Source of the DNA: Vicugna vicugna | Lineage: Eukaryota | Length of the DNA stretch: 64,000 nucleotides | Direction of reading: 5' to 3' | NCBI GenBank assembly: GCA_013265495.1 | Contig: MU058059.1 | Span: forward strand, 3,695,502 to 3,759,501 | Part shown: positions 20,995 through 33,838 of the stretch, in pieces | How positions within the stretch are numbered: position 1 is the stretch's first letter | Layout of the letters: each line of letters starts with the position of its first letter | Program-made: the position numbers and the translations under genes | Notes under the pieces: generated by a model | Told to the model about the DNA's origin: nothing | Seen by the model: only the letters and a program-made list of their open reading frames with translations | Databases searched by the model: none

Positions 20995-23900
20995 GTCAGA
21001 CTTTATGGCCCAGGTTCTGTTTCTGTGTCCCGGGAGCTGCTCACCGGCGCCCTCCGCACCCGTATGTCGGGGTGGAAGGCTAGTGAGAAGTTGTGGTCCT
21101 CCCCTGACAGGAAACGCGGTCGAGGGGTGTGGAGCGAGGGTCACGGCAGCCGGGGTCAGGGGGCCAGGGCGCCCCAAGCTCCGTCCTCGGGGGCGCCTGA
21201 ATGGGCCCCTCCTGACGGGGAGGCGGCGTCGGCGCTGGGAGGTGCCGGACGCCCCCGGGGCACTTGGCAGTGCCGCCCCGCCGCCCCCGCAGCGGCAGCG
21301 CGAGGCGCATTCTCCGCGCTCCCGCGAGGGGTCTGGGCCAGCGCCAGGCGCGGGTGGGCGCCGCCGCAGTGCCCACCCCCGACGCCCCGGGGCTCCTGCT
21401 CAGGCCCCGGCCCCCGGTGACCCGGCGCCTGTCTCCCTTGGTGACCCTCTGGTTTGGGGCCCGGAGACCCACGGCCGGCCGTTCGAGCCTCGCCCTGCCG
21501 CCTTAGGGTCCTCTGTGCCCCGCCACGCGGCTGGGAGGGAGCCTGGGGCCCCCGCGCCTGCTCGCAGGCTCCTGAGGAGAACGCAGCCCTCCAGAGGCCG
21601 AGAAGCCGGCTTCCCCCCGTCCTGGGCGGGGCGGCGGTGTGCGGACCTCGGTCCCCGTCGCCGCTGCAGGTCCGGCACACGTTCACGTCATGGTGTAGCC
21701 CCTGGAGGCAACCCCGTTTCCGGCAGGGTGCCTAGTGCTGGGAATTGGCTCCCGGGAGTAACAGCTGAGGGAGCCCTGAGGGAGCCCTAGGGGTGAGGAG
21801 AGGGGCCGGGCTGTCCCTTCAGGGTGGGTCCGGGGCAGGGCCGCGAGTGCAGCTTTGCGGATCAACCCAGATTCCCTGTTTGTGCAAGTCTTTCAGGTTC
21901 GTGTGCAGATCACTGAGACCTTTCATACTGAACACATGTCACCAATTTGAGTTAAACGGCTCGACCAGAGGCCAGGCCAGCTAATGTGGGTTAGCAGATG
22001 TTGTTGCCCCAGCTTGTCAGATCATTAGACGTAGGGGCAAGAGAAATCACTAAGTCTGCATCCTTTACTGTTAGATCTGGGGTGACTGAGCACAGGGGAG
22101 GGGAACACACCTTCTGGTGCAGCGTCCAGCGGGGTGACTCCGGGTCCCCACTCCCGGCTTGCCCTGGGGCTTTGGTCCTGCTGGGGCTGGGAGGGCTCCT
22201 GCCAGTGTTGTCAGTGATGCCCTGGGCATCAGGGGCCTGAGGGTTTGTGTGCTTCTGGCTTTCAGCCATTGCTGGGAGCTGACCTAAATGAAGTGAGGGG
22301 TGGGTAGGTTCCGTGCACTATTTCCACAAGGGGGAGAAAGCCGCCTGTCACCCTGCCTTCCCTGTGGCACCAGCAGCAGCGGCAGGAAAGCTGTTAGTAG
22401 CCTTCGGGACAAACACATGGGCAAGTTTCTTTGTGTCCTTTTCAGGGTGTCTGATTAGCTTCCTTTGCTTTATATATAGTTTTCCAGGAATAGGCAAGTG
22501 TGCTTCTCGCTACAAAGATATTAATACCTGAAGGAAAACAACCACCAGGGCTGGAACCACTAAGTGAGGAGGAAGGGGTGGCGGGGAGAGAGAGAGAGAG
22601 GTTCCTTGCCATGAAGGGAGGTACCAGCGTAGACAAGCCCCGGCTCTTTGGTGTGTGATTCAGATGGTCTGTTTCATAAGCACAGGATAGTCACAGGCTC
22701 TTCTACGGCCCACAGGATGATAAGAAACATAGCTGATGATGATTGTATTTTATGTAACTTTACAATTTTATATATTATTATTTGATACTAGAGGTATCAG
22801 AATTGGCTGGTAATTCTAGGAAGAGTGTCGAGAATAATTAGCTGTCATTTGCCAATCACCCGGCAAGGTGGCTCCGCCTCCCTGCTGCTAATTCACCCTC
22901 ATGGCCGAGAAGTCATGAGAATGAGCCTCAGCAGTCAGGCCGTCCAGACTCTGAGCTGACCGGTCCCTTGGAGGGTCAGGCACTGCTTAAGGACGACAAT
23001 CTGGGGGCAACTCTGAAATGGAAAATCCCGAGTTCTGTGAGCATTCAGGGTGGAAATAAATGTGGATTTATTTCATCAAGGAAGCTTAAGTACAAAGTGA
23101 AAAGCAGCCTTTATTGCACAACTGGAAAATTTAGCTTGCTTGGAGCAAAGGAGACTTCGTTATTTTAATTCAGCTTCCAGTGTTTCATTTTGGGGGAAGC
23201 CAGTCTTTGGTTTTTTCGTTAGTCAAAACTTTTAAAGCAGCAGATGAGTTTACCTTCAGTTACACCTGTCACACTGGCAGGGTGGACATGTGGCATATTT
23301 TTGTGTGCGTTCGAGTTTAAGTCCATCAAGGTGGGATGAGGGGGTGTGTTTAACACTGGGAGAGGCAGGAAAGGGGAGATCTGGGTACTCAGGTACGTGT
23401 GCATATGCTGTGAGGGAGGGAGGAGGGTCTGGGGCTGCGGACTTGGGATGGAAAGGATGCAGATGGGGCCTGTCTCATCTGACTTACATGGCCTTTTTTT
23501 CTGAGGTGCAAACAGGTTTATATCTAAAGCCTCACAAGAGGGGAGCAGAGTCCAGGCAGCCTGCTCCTCTCCAGAGAGCTGCAGAGACTTCAGTTCCCCA
23601 AGTCAGGGCTGCCCCAGGGATGGTCAGGCTCCATGGTGCCCTCGCATTGGGGATGGATGGCTGGGGACGCACCCAGAAGTGCGGAAGTGGGGAGGTTTTG
23701 TACTGGGTCACCTGGGCTGAGTGGGAAGTGCTCCCCAGAATTTTGTGTGGTCTGAGTTAGAGCTGCACGAGAAGTTGTGTGACGTGCAGAGGTCACGGCA
23801 GCCAGTGTGGTGACAGGCAGGGGTCTCTAGGCCACTCCCTCTTCCTCCGTGAGCGTCGGCCAGTTGCTGGGGGTCCTCCACTCCTCAGCCAGTTATCTCC

Positions 23901-24989
23901 CTGCCTGCTGGTCCCAGGCCTGCCTTCCGCAGGCTTCTCCACTGGCCAGATGCTCAGGGTCTCCGGCCACCTTGGCAAACGCTGCCTTGTACACGCAGCA
24001 AGAGGTGCAATTAGCCACTCCCTCTTCTGGATCCTTGTTTCCCTAGCTTTGCCAACAGTCGTGTAAGGTTTTATTTCTATAATCACAGGGAATGGTTGAT
24101 CCCCGGAGCTTGGGAGAGAGGGAGAAGGCAGTCGAATCCTTGAAGAAAGGGCAGCAGATCTGGCCGGTCTAACAGGAGCCCGGGAGGAACGAGGGGCGAC
24201 CTGTCTGCTGGCCCACGGGCTCGAATCTCAGTGCAAGTCTCCACTGTGACCTTCTCATCTCAGTGACCTGTGCCTCCAGCAGGCGCTTGTAGACAGAGGC
24301 AGCTGTGAATCCACACGGGCTTCACCAGGCAGCAAGAGTGGTCTGAGTGTGTGGAGAGTTACCCAATCATGTCGACTGTAAAGTCTGTGTGGGATGGATG
24401 GGGAGGAAGCTTCCAGAGTGTGTCAGAGGGCAGGTGGGCGGGGTCCAAGTCTCAAGCAGCCCCCATTAACTGGAAATTTAGCAATAAGCGGCACGTCGGT
24501 TAGGAGCCTCCAGGGGAAAACTGCTTAATCGTGTCTGGCAACTCCAAAGGCCACGAGGTAACTGTTTTTGTATTCTTACCCCCACAAGTACATGGTCATG
24601 GAGCTGGGATTGTAAAAACAGACTTCTAAGATGAATTTGGGAATAGTCCTTATCTGGACTCCCAAACCAACCAACCCACCCACCCCATTTTGAGCACCAT
24701 TAAGTTTGTCTGTCTTTGCAAGGCAGAGGACTTCTTAGTGTTTAAATCATGGAGAGAGCCTAGTCACTCAACCAGACGCATGGTGCTTTTATAAGAACGC
24801 TGATAAAACCAGGAAGTCTAAGTTCTCATCTGGGTGTTCCCAAAGGGTCACTCATTGTCTTTGGGTCCACATTTCTTCATCTGTGAAACAAAGAGGCTGG
24901 GCCACATCAGCGGATCAGCTCTAATCAACCGGAGACTGTCAGGGCTGGAAGAGGGCCAGGAAAGACATCTGCCGGCAGCTTGTGATGGA

Positions 24990-25190
24990 CCGAGACCCAG
25001 CTCTTTAGACCAGGGTCTTCCATGCTCAGCCACTTGCCAGTTGTGTGTTTGAGCTTCAGTTCCCTCAATTTTAAAATGTAAATACTGTAGCACCTCTATG
25101 ATACGGTGCTTGTCGCAGCTACATCAGTGTCTGTCTGATACAGTGCCTGGCACCCGTCAGAGTTTAGGGAAATTTAACCATTAGTATTAG
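24990..25190 (+). mobile_element. MIR SINE fragment (a second short MIR piece lies at about 24830-24900)
   Basis: CAGCCACTTGCCAGTTGTGTG...CTTCAGTTCCCTCAATTTTAAAATG...ACAGTGCCTGGCAC. Confidence 0.7.
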
Positions 25191-25254
25191 TGTTTGGATT
25201 ATGTATTCCCTACTTCCTGGTTCCCAAATGCCGCTCTGTGCTCTGATGGCAGAA

Positions 25255-25400
25255 CCAACTGGCTGATTTTAGAAATACTGATTCCTGTTTCCAAAACTGG
25301 AGATTTTGGTTCAGTAGGTGCAGTTTAGGAACAGGAATCTGTATTTCTGGAAAGTTTTTCAGGTTAATGATGACTAGTAGCCTTGTTTTGAAATCCAGGC
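25255..25400. mobile_element. MER5-like hAT MITE fragment
   Basis: AGAAATACTGATTCCTG...GATTTTGGTTCAGTAGGTG...CAGGAATCTGTATTT resembles the MER5A internal palindrome. Confidence 0.55.
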
Positions 25401-28400
25401 TCTAGCCAACACACACACTTAGACTCACATACTCAGGTAAACACTCCCCTGTACTCACAGCTACATAATAAAATCTACTTAAAAACAGAATTATAATTCA
25501 AAAGAGAATTCCTTAGCCTCACAATAGAATGAGTTTCCTTATTCACACCCCATCCTCTTTTAAAGTATTGCAGTGACAGAAAGTGCTTTTTAGCACGGTG
25601 AGTAGCCTCCAGTCACAAGTTCTGACTTTCAAAGAGCCTGCGAGAAAGACTCTCTCCGAGGAATGTGGGTACGTCTGGCATCTGTACATGCCTTCTGCAG
25701 GATGGCACACAGCCGGCTCTCTGGGACGAGTGGAACGTTTCCCTTCTAGTTGCCCTCCAGATGTTTGAGGATGCGAGGAGACAGCCCAAGGGTGAGCAAT
25801 TTATGAAGCCTGGACCAGTGAAAAGCCGTGGCTCAGCAGAGCCCTCACTGGGTTCGTCATTCTCCTGCAGAGCCCAGGTCCTTTCATGTGGATGTGCCCT
25901 GCCCAGCAGGCCTTCAGTCAGACAGACTGCAGACTTTTTCATCTCCTGCACTTTGCAGGTTTGCACGTTTGAGGCCCAGAACCAAGTGAGCAGTTGGTGC
26001 ACATGTGAAGTGGGCATCCTGGAGCAGACGGATGGTGGATGGTTATCTGGCTTCTCCAGACCCCGAATTAAGCTCATACCATGCAGTTCCCACCCAGCTA
26101 TGTTGTGCCTTCTCAAGGTTGCTGAAATTGAATCAAAAGCCAAAAACACATGCTGGCCAGGCTCAGAGAGCAGTGCCGATTGCAAACACATGGCTTAGCA
26201 ATGCGTAGGATGCTCTGGGGTGACTTGTGGGGTAGTTGATTAAGTGGGATAATCACAAGAAATGTTATTCAGATCCCTTGCCCTTGCACACAGGCACATG
26301 TTGAACTTCTTTTTTTTCTTACAAGCACTAAGTAAAAACAAAATCTTGGATGAAGATGCTTAATGACCCCAAAGATGGAAACTAAATTTTGGATTTGATT
26401 TTTACAGATGTCAGTGGAAAATGCCACATAAAGCAGGATGCTGGGCAGTTAGGATTTCTTGCAGCCTTGAGTGCAGTTTCTGGAAAATGGGAGATTAAGA
26501 TCGTGGCCACAAAGAGTCCAGAACAGGTATCTTTGGGTCACAAGCAAAAAAGAAATCATGCAGGAGACATATCTGCTCCATTAGTCAAGGATGCCTATGG
26601 GTACCAGGCCAGCGCCAAACCACATGCTTGAGTTCAGAAAATAGCCCCCGGCTTAGAAGGGGATGGGGAGGGGGTCACAGACAGCCCTGCATCTCCTCCA
26701 GAATTCCAGGTTGGAAACAAATCTTTACTGGCAAGTGTCCAAGTTGTTTACCTTTGCCAAGTGATTCTTTGGACAAGACTAATCTTAGCAGCACGGGTTA
26801 GGGTGGTGTGGGTGGGCTTTGAACAAGGATGGTGATCCTGCCACATGAAGGAAATGGAACATCCTGCACAGAGACCTTTAGAAAGGCTGCTGGCCATCCG
26901 GCCGTTTCACTGTTCGGGAGTATTTTCTTCTGATGGGACGCTGTAGGGGGTCGAGGGTCTACTGGGTGGAGAGAGCCCGGGCCCAGCCCTCAGGGCCGTG
27001 TTCTTAGCCTGGCTATGTCCTGGGGCCCCCGTTTCTCCTGTCTCCTTCTGCAGGCTCCCTCTGCGAGAGGAATTCTCAGTTGAGCTCAGCTTCCCGGCCC
27101 TCGCCCTTCTCTCTGGTCTGTTCTCCACAGCTGCCCCTGAAAAATAGACAAGCATGTTCCCTGAGCCCTCGCCATGTGATAACAGCGGGCGGGTTGTGTT
27201 TTGAGGATGGACAGTTCAGATGCATGAGGAACTGGTGACGGGAACAAAATCTTGGAGGCAGAGTTTTTCCCTATTTCTCCCTTTCGTTGTGTAGCTTTTT
27301 CTGAGGTTCGACCTGGCTGGAGCAGAGGTGAGGATCAGACCTTCGGAATTTAGGAGAAGTGAAGTGAGTGCAGTCAATGAGGCTTTCTGTCGCGTCCCAG
27401 TGCTGGGCCTCGTGCCGACATTTCCCAGGGGTTCTTGTATGCCGAGAGAAGCGCCAAGACGACTGTGCTTTGGGCTGCGTCTGGGCCTCTTGTCCACCCG
27501 TGCGGGGCCTCCCGCAGTACGCGGAGCACCTGGACTGCATCTTCCAAAGGTCCTTGGCTCCTTTTGGGGAAACTCTTGTGTATCAACATAACCTGTATGT
27601 GAGGATCGTACTGGGAAACTGGCGGGTAACGAGGAGGGTGGGGAAGACGGTGTGCAGGTTAGCGGTTGGCACTGAGGGCTCAGGGAGGAGGTGCCTGGAG
27701 GGCGACTGGGGCTCTTCAGCGGGGCTTCCTTTTGGGCGGATTTCTGCCTAGTTTTCATTATCACCTCCTTAAGGAGAAAAATTAAATTCTGCCTAGTGAG
27801 AGAAATGAAGTACTGAGAAGTGAGATTTTGTTGAATACCACTGAGCTTTGAAGGGCTACAAACCTTGATAATATCTGAATTTTTTTTTTGTCTCCAAGAA
27901 TCAAATTTTGCCTGTAGATCCCCCATTAAAAACGGATGGTTTGAAAGTCCAAGTGCACGCCCCACCCAGTTTGTCTGGTTTAGAGGGGCTGGACTTGGCC
28001 TCTCCTTGTGAGTCAGAGCAAGTTCTAGTTTTTCAGATCATCAGATTTTCAAAGCCTGAGCATCTTATAATCACTTGCTAAAGTATTTAATGATCTGATA
28101 TGTTGCATTTATTACAGTCTTAGGTAATGTTACAGTTATGTCAGTAAATAGTGTTCATCCAATTTGAGACGCTCAGGCTTTCCTGTAATTGATTAGGGTT
28201 GTGAATCTGCCCGTCTCCCAGTGGTAGTGTCATATACTCGGCACTGGTAGTTCTACCTGCTTCTTTCCACGTGTTTATGTCTGCATTTCCTTGTGCAGTA
28301 GACATCTGAGTCTGTGTTGTGTGCTGCGTCTGCGACTGCTCCGTGTGTGCTGGTCACACTTCATCCTGTCCACATGTGACCACTGCTCGCTGAGGATCTC

Positions 28401-28469
28401 TGAGACCCCTTGGTCCAAGCAGATGTCAGATCCTGTGGAGTCCTTGACCTGCCCTTGACTCGGTCTGAC

Positions 28470-28870
28470 TCATGGTCACCTCCTCAAATGGATTCCCTTT
28501 ACCACTGTGACACGTGCTGTTCTTCTGACTCTGCTGACTTCGCTCTTAAATGTCAGAATTCCTCAGAACTCTGCTCTTGGTCCTCCTTTCCTCTGAAGCC
28601 ATATTCCTGGCCAGGAGTCTCGCCCTCTATGCCCAAGGCTCCGCAGCTTTCCCTCAAGGCTGGCGTTTCCCCGAGGCCTGCCCTCCGCCCCACCCCACCC
28701 CTGGGGGCTGCCTCTCAGTCTCTGTGAGGATGAAGTCGTCATCTTCCCCAGCCCCGTCTCCTCCCGTGTTTTCTGTCCTGGCTGGTGGTGCCTGTCACCA
28801 GGATCACCACGGGTTCAGCTGTGAGACAGACTCTGCAGAAAACTTTTCCACCTCCAGAAACTTGTGTCAC
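28470..28870 (+). mobile_element. L2 fragment
   Basis: CTCTTAAATGTCAGAATTCCTCAGAACTCTGCTCTTGGTCCTCCTTTCCTCT resembles the L2 body; heavily decayed. Confidence 0.45.
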
Positions 28871-29349
28871 TGTTGATCAGGAGCTGGGTAACAGGTGTCC
28901 AGAGTCAAATGCTGAAGGTTGGTCTTATACATTTAGAATGATTTTTTCCTAAAAAACACGAACTCCTTAGTTTAAGATCTTTCTGTAGTGACAGAGGAAT
29001 GGGTGGAGTTCAGGCCACTGTTTTTGGCAGGCTGCGGGGCATCTTGCTTCTCAGGTGATCTACGTCCTGGGTGTCGAGGATGAGGAAAGGTTGGGGACCA
29101 GTCACGTCTTGTCCTGTTCCTGGGAGTTTGTCAGGCTCGACATAGGCACATGCACCAGATGGGAATGATGAGGCTTCAGGAGAGCTCCTGCTCTGTGGCC
29201 TTGTCTCTCATTCCCCAGTGCAGCCGTTCCAAACAGCTTTGGTGGCATAGTTACTCAGGCTGTGCTGTGCCTGGTGTCTTTGCACGAATTCATGTGGCTG
29301 CTGGAAACCCTCATCCATTCATCCATCAAATATAAATGAAAGGATGACT

Positions 29350-29596
29350 GGAAATCCTGAAGGAGTTGAAACCAAGAATTCTAACAGATACATATACACC
29401 AGTGTTCTTAGCAGCACTGTTCACGGTAGCCAGAAGCAGCTCAGTGCCCTTCAACTGATGAGTGGAGAGATTAAGTATGGGCTATATATGCGATGGGATG
29501 TAATTCAGCCACACAAAGGAGGAAAATACGTTGCATGTACAACACAGATAGAAGGTGAAATAAGCCAGAAACAAAAGGACAGATACCATGAGTCCA
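29350..29596 (+). mobile_element. L1 ORF2 C-terminal fragment, interrupted by the gap
   Basis: GCAGCACTGTTCACGGTAGCCAGAAG; GAAATAAGCCAGAAACAAAAGGACAGATACCATG translates as EISQKQKDRYH, the L1 ORF2 terminal motif. Confidence 0.8.
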
Positions 29597-29843
29597 NNNN
29601 NNNNNNNNNNNNNNNNNNNNNNNNNNNNNNNNNNNNNNNNNNNNNNNNNNNNNNNNNNNNNNNNNNNNNNNNNNNNNNNNNNNNNNNNNNNNNNNNNNNN
29701 NNNNNNNNNNNNNNNNNNNNNNNNNNNNNNNNNNNNNNNNNNNNNNNNNNNNNNNNNNNNNNNNNNNNNNNNNNNNNNNNNNNNNNNNNNNNNNNNNNNN
29801 NNNNNNNNNNNNNNNNNNNNNNNNNNNNNNNNNNNNNNNNNNN
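29597..29843. other. Assembly gap (247 N)
   Basis: Run of N directly visible in the sequence. Confidence 0.99.
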
Positions 29844-32800
29844 TAAAAAATAAATAAGTGGAGGCATGGTATTCACCATGACGGTTCTGAGTGTATTTGT
29901 ACCCCTGTGGGGGTGGAGTTTCTAGGACAGGAGCCTTGGCTGGTTTCACTGTGTATCCTCAAAGTCCAGCCCGGAGGAGAGTGTGGAGCTGGGTCTCACA
30001 CCTGAGTGATGAGAGGCAGTGGCATCTTATTACATGGAGAGATCTTTTTATTGTAATACTCTGAAACTCAGGTGCAGAATTGATTAGTCCCTTCTTCCTC
30101 TAAAAATGTGGGATTTATCCCTTCTGCTGTGGAAGGGGGAGAGAGAAAGGCTGGCCTTGGGCCGGGTGTATGTTTCCTAACAGCAAGCTTTGGGCAGGCC
30201 TTGCTGCAGGGCACGGTTGTGGAACTGTACTTTGAAAAGCAAGTGAAGGTGGGTTGGGGAGGCCTTGATTCTTAGTTCAGAGTGTGCTTTGAGCCTGAGA
30301 GGCTGAAGTTTCCTGAGCAGGGCAGCATGGTGGGAAGGCGTGGATGGAGGGAGATGGCCCCCAGGGACCAGGCGGGCCCTTCCCGTGCAGGCTGGACTCT
30401 TGGGGCAGCTTCCAGGAGGCACATGTGGCCCGTGGCTTCAGTGCAGGGCCAGGCGCTGCCCATGTGCAGGTTATAATTACACTGATCAGAGCTGTCTTTT
30501 CCCCATGCCTCTCCTTTTTCTTCTTCACTTTTTTCCTAAAAGAAATTTTAGAAAAGCAGAAAAGAACTCCTCCCCATCTCCTTCAAAGCACTGTGGCACC
30601 TTCAGATCTGGGTACTTGAAAGCTAAGGCTGATCATGATTTCCGATGAACATAACGTGCGTTTGAAATTCTTTTCCACATCAAATTAAATCTGTCTTGGA
30701 CTGATTTCCTGGAAGTGTTTTTCATTAGAATAATAGTCCTCAGCTGAGAGATCAGAGGATCAGATACCACAGAAGGGGAAACAGAAACAACGTCATCGTG
30801 TGCATCCTCCAGGGAGGTACCCAGGGGACTTCTGGGGGCTCAGCTGGGGAGAAACTGTCCCTTCTTTAAGCGTGTCCCTGGGGAAATGGCGCTGCGTCTG
30901 GGGGGCTACCAGTGACTTCAGTGACAGAATCTTTGTTTTTTAATGGAAGTATAAAGGAGTAAGAAGTTAGGTTCAGCTAGCCAGCCAACCAACTGACCAA
31001 GTTAATTGTGTACCTACTAGCTGCCCCTCCCTCTGTGGTGCCAGAAATCTAACCGTTGGAAAGACAAAGTCCTTTGAGGAGAGTAAACTCTCAGGACAAG
31101 ACTCCAGGGATGCAGACGGAGCTCCAGCCTGTTGGATGATTTTTCTTTCCTGGCCTGAATATGTCCTTCTGTGTAATGCACACTTCGCTTACCTACACAG
31201 GTTCTAGGGTGGCGGAGGAAATCCTTCTGAAATTCCTTTCTCCTCCTCCCGTCTGAAACTTGACTTGTTTACTGCAGGTTGTTAACGGCCTTGAGAGTGT
31301 CTTTAATCCTTAGCCAGGGTCTTTAAATATAATACATCAATAACAGGTAATTATTCACTTTGAACTCCTTGCTCTTTTCCCTCATACCCTGCAGGGTGAG
31401 GCTTGGAACCTTCAAGCACTGTAGCAGATTCTTCCTATCAGAGTGTCAAGACTCGTAAGGCGTAAGGCGTCTGTCAAGGAATGCGTTTGCTTACTTTAAC
31501 GACTCCCCTCTCCCTCCCTTTACTTCTGACTCTTGCATGGAGCGGGAGGGCTGGTGTTTACCCTGCGGGGTCTCTTCACGCCTAAGGGGTTGGCCCTGTG
31601 CACTCACCTCATTTCCTCAGAAGTTGCATGCAGTGACTTTGTTGCTCCCGGCCTGTCAGGTTATTTCTGTTTTGAATGTGTCCAGGAAAATCCTGTCAAG
31701 TTCAAAACTTCCTTTCGCCCCAAACCTATCTTTGATCTACGAGGCCTGGACACAGCAGTCCGAGCAGCTCACTGTGGGCCTCGGCTCCTTTAGCAGGGTC
31801 CTGGGGCAGCATGATTTATTGGTTCTGTTGGTCAGCTCGGTGTTGGGTGGCCTGGTCCTTGGCTCTTGTGCATACCTGGATCAGCCCCCGTCCTGAGGAC
31901 AGCTTTGTCTCTGGTGTTCTTGGGCACTGTCTGTGAGCGTGGATTTGCCTCCTCTGCGGAAGCCACATGTGCAGTCCCTGATGTGTCCCTTCCTGGCATG
32001 TTGGAATGGCCCAGCGATTGCTCTAACCTTATTGCTGACTCATTGCATTTAGTGGTGCAGGCTTGGTTCTCTGTGCAGATGAAATCTTTATCGCTCACCC
32101 TGGGCTCCCTTGTGCGTATGAAGCGATTTTCTGAACATCAGCTGGCGGGGGATGGGGGACGCTAGTTACTGTTAAGTGCTGTTCAGTCTGAAAGCAAAGG
32201 CTTAGGCGTGTAGAACAGGTGGTATTTCCTACCTCAGGCTCTCCGAACGGAGGGACACTAGCAGTGAACTGGGAACTCATTTTAGGTCTAAGGTGTTGGC
32301 CAGATTTAACTAAAGGGAAACGGTTGAAGGTGTTAGTTGACATTGAAAAAGTAGTACCCACGTTTCTATACCCAAATAATCAAATTGCATAATTGATTTC
32401 TGTGATGTTACTCAGACGATTTCCTCACTTGCTAATGATAGGAATTCACTTTGAATGTAGACATAACAAGATCTAACAGGATGTTCTGGAGTCTCACTGG
32501 GGAGTAATGACTAATGGAGTGGAAACTTTCACTTTTAAATCTGATTTCATCCTTGACCTTGTTAGTGACCTTTGGCCTATTGCCTACTCTTTCAGTATCT
32601 GTTTCCCTGTGATTATGTCGGCTCTGCGGTATCAAAGGGGCCTTTACATGTCATGAAGACTTTCGTGATAAGCAATATGTTTATACTGAAGAGTGTTGAG
32701 AACTTCAGACTCCGTCCATACAGGATGTTAGAATGTCCTTTATTTTAATCAATGTGGTTTAAAAAGAAGCCAGTGTTTGGATGTCATGAAGATCAATGAG

Positions 32801-33494
32801 CTTGTGGGCTGACTGCATTTTTCCTTCCCCAGCAGTGATTTTGGCAGCATGTGCTAGAGCTCGGGTAGTCTGTGAGCGTTGTCAGCCGTGGTATGGAAAC
32901 CAAGGGTAACATGGTGCCAGGAACCTTTGGGGAGCGTCTGTCTGTTCGCCCTTGAATGAGCTCAGCAGGGAGGGTGTGCTGAGCTCTGCGAGGAACGAAG
33001 TCAGATTTAGGGCTCCCGTGTGTTTGAAACTTCAGTGAGCAGGGGGACGTCTGGTGGAGAAGATACCCACAGTTTCCTTTTCTCCTGGGCTTTGTTCTTT
33101 CCCGTAGGATTGCAGGCTGAGCTGCGTGGCAGGCTGGCCAGGGGAGGGGATGGAGAGGTACAGGAGGGGCCACTGGTCACTTGAATTACAGGCCTGGGAG
33201 GGTATCTGGATGTGTCTTTCCTTGGAGTGATCTTCTGTAGCTTTGTTTGCCTCTTGGGGAGTCGGAGATTCTTGTCATTACCCCTCTGGGTTCCCCAAAC
33301 TGGCTAGCCTTCCTACTGAAGAACGGTCAGAAACGTGAGTTCATCAGTGTGAGTCCTGAACAAGTAGTGAGAGTGGCCGTCAGTGTTGACTGATTATTAC
33401 TTTAGTGTCAAAGGGATTCCTTATCACCTGTTTGAATAGTCTGACTACAGGGCATTAAGTCAAATAGATGGTTTAACAGATTTTTTAAAAAATT

Positions 33495-33580
33495 CTTATT
33501 TTTTTATTCAAGTGTAGTCAGTTTACAATGTTAGTTTCAGGTGTATAGCAAAGCGATTCAGTTATACATATTTTAGGTTT
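33495..33580 (-). mobile_element. Short L1 3' tail fragment (laurasiatherian/camelid-type)
   Basis: TTTTTATTCAAGTGTAGTCAGTTTACAATGTTAGTTTCAGGTGTATAGCAAAGCGATTCAGTTATACATA is the typical antisense L1 3' extremity. Confidence 0.75.
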
Positions 33581-33700
33581 TTAATCATTAGAGTGAATTT
33601 GTTAATATAAAAAAGTAATATGTTAACATAGAAGACAGCAGACTTTTCAATTAAAAAAACTGAGTGAAAGGATTACTGATAGCTTTAGAAATGAAGATTT

Positions 33701-33838
33701 TTTTTAAAGGTAGTACTTTTTTAAAGTTTATTTTTATTATTTATATTTTAATTTTTTTTACTGGAGGTACTGGGGATTGAACCCAGGACCTTGTGCATGC
33801 TCAGCATGCACTCTACCACTGAGCTATACCCTCCCCCC
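33701..33838 (-). mobile_element. Camelid tRNA-Ala-derived SINE, short form, with target-site duplication
   Basis: Reverse complement GGGGAGGGTATAGCTCAGTGGTAGAGTGCATGCTGAGCATGCACAAGGTCCTGGGTTCAATCCCCAGTACCTCCAG plus A-rich tail; A and B boxes intact. TSD TAGAAATGAAGATTT (33686-33700) / TAGAAATAAAGATTT (33839-33853). Confidence 0.93.

Larger units (their letters stand above)
20740..21760. promoter_or_regulatory. CpG island / probable promoter
   Basis: About 1 kb with very high GC and dense CpG (e.g. GCCGCCCCGCCGCCCCCGCAGCGGCAGCGCGAGGCGC), repeat-free; by far the strongest CpG cluster in the window. Confidence 0.9.

Noticed and set aside
20782-21790. Long overlapping ORFs in the CpG island (up to 261 aa)
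   Set aside because: Very high GC suppresses stop codons on both strands. The products are Arg/Pro/Gly/Ala low-complexity with no domain; this is a typical CpG-island artefact.
29344-29949. ORFs spanning the N run
   Set aside because: Their length comes from unknown bases; the readable part is decayed L1 ORF2.
33765-33838. Apparent tRNA-Ala genes (also at 6.4, 9.4 and 43.9 kb)
   Set aside because: They have A-rich tails, TSDs, disrupted anticodon or acceptor stems and multiple diverged copies, so they are SINE heads rather than tRNA genes.
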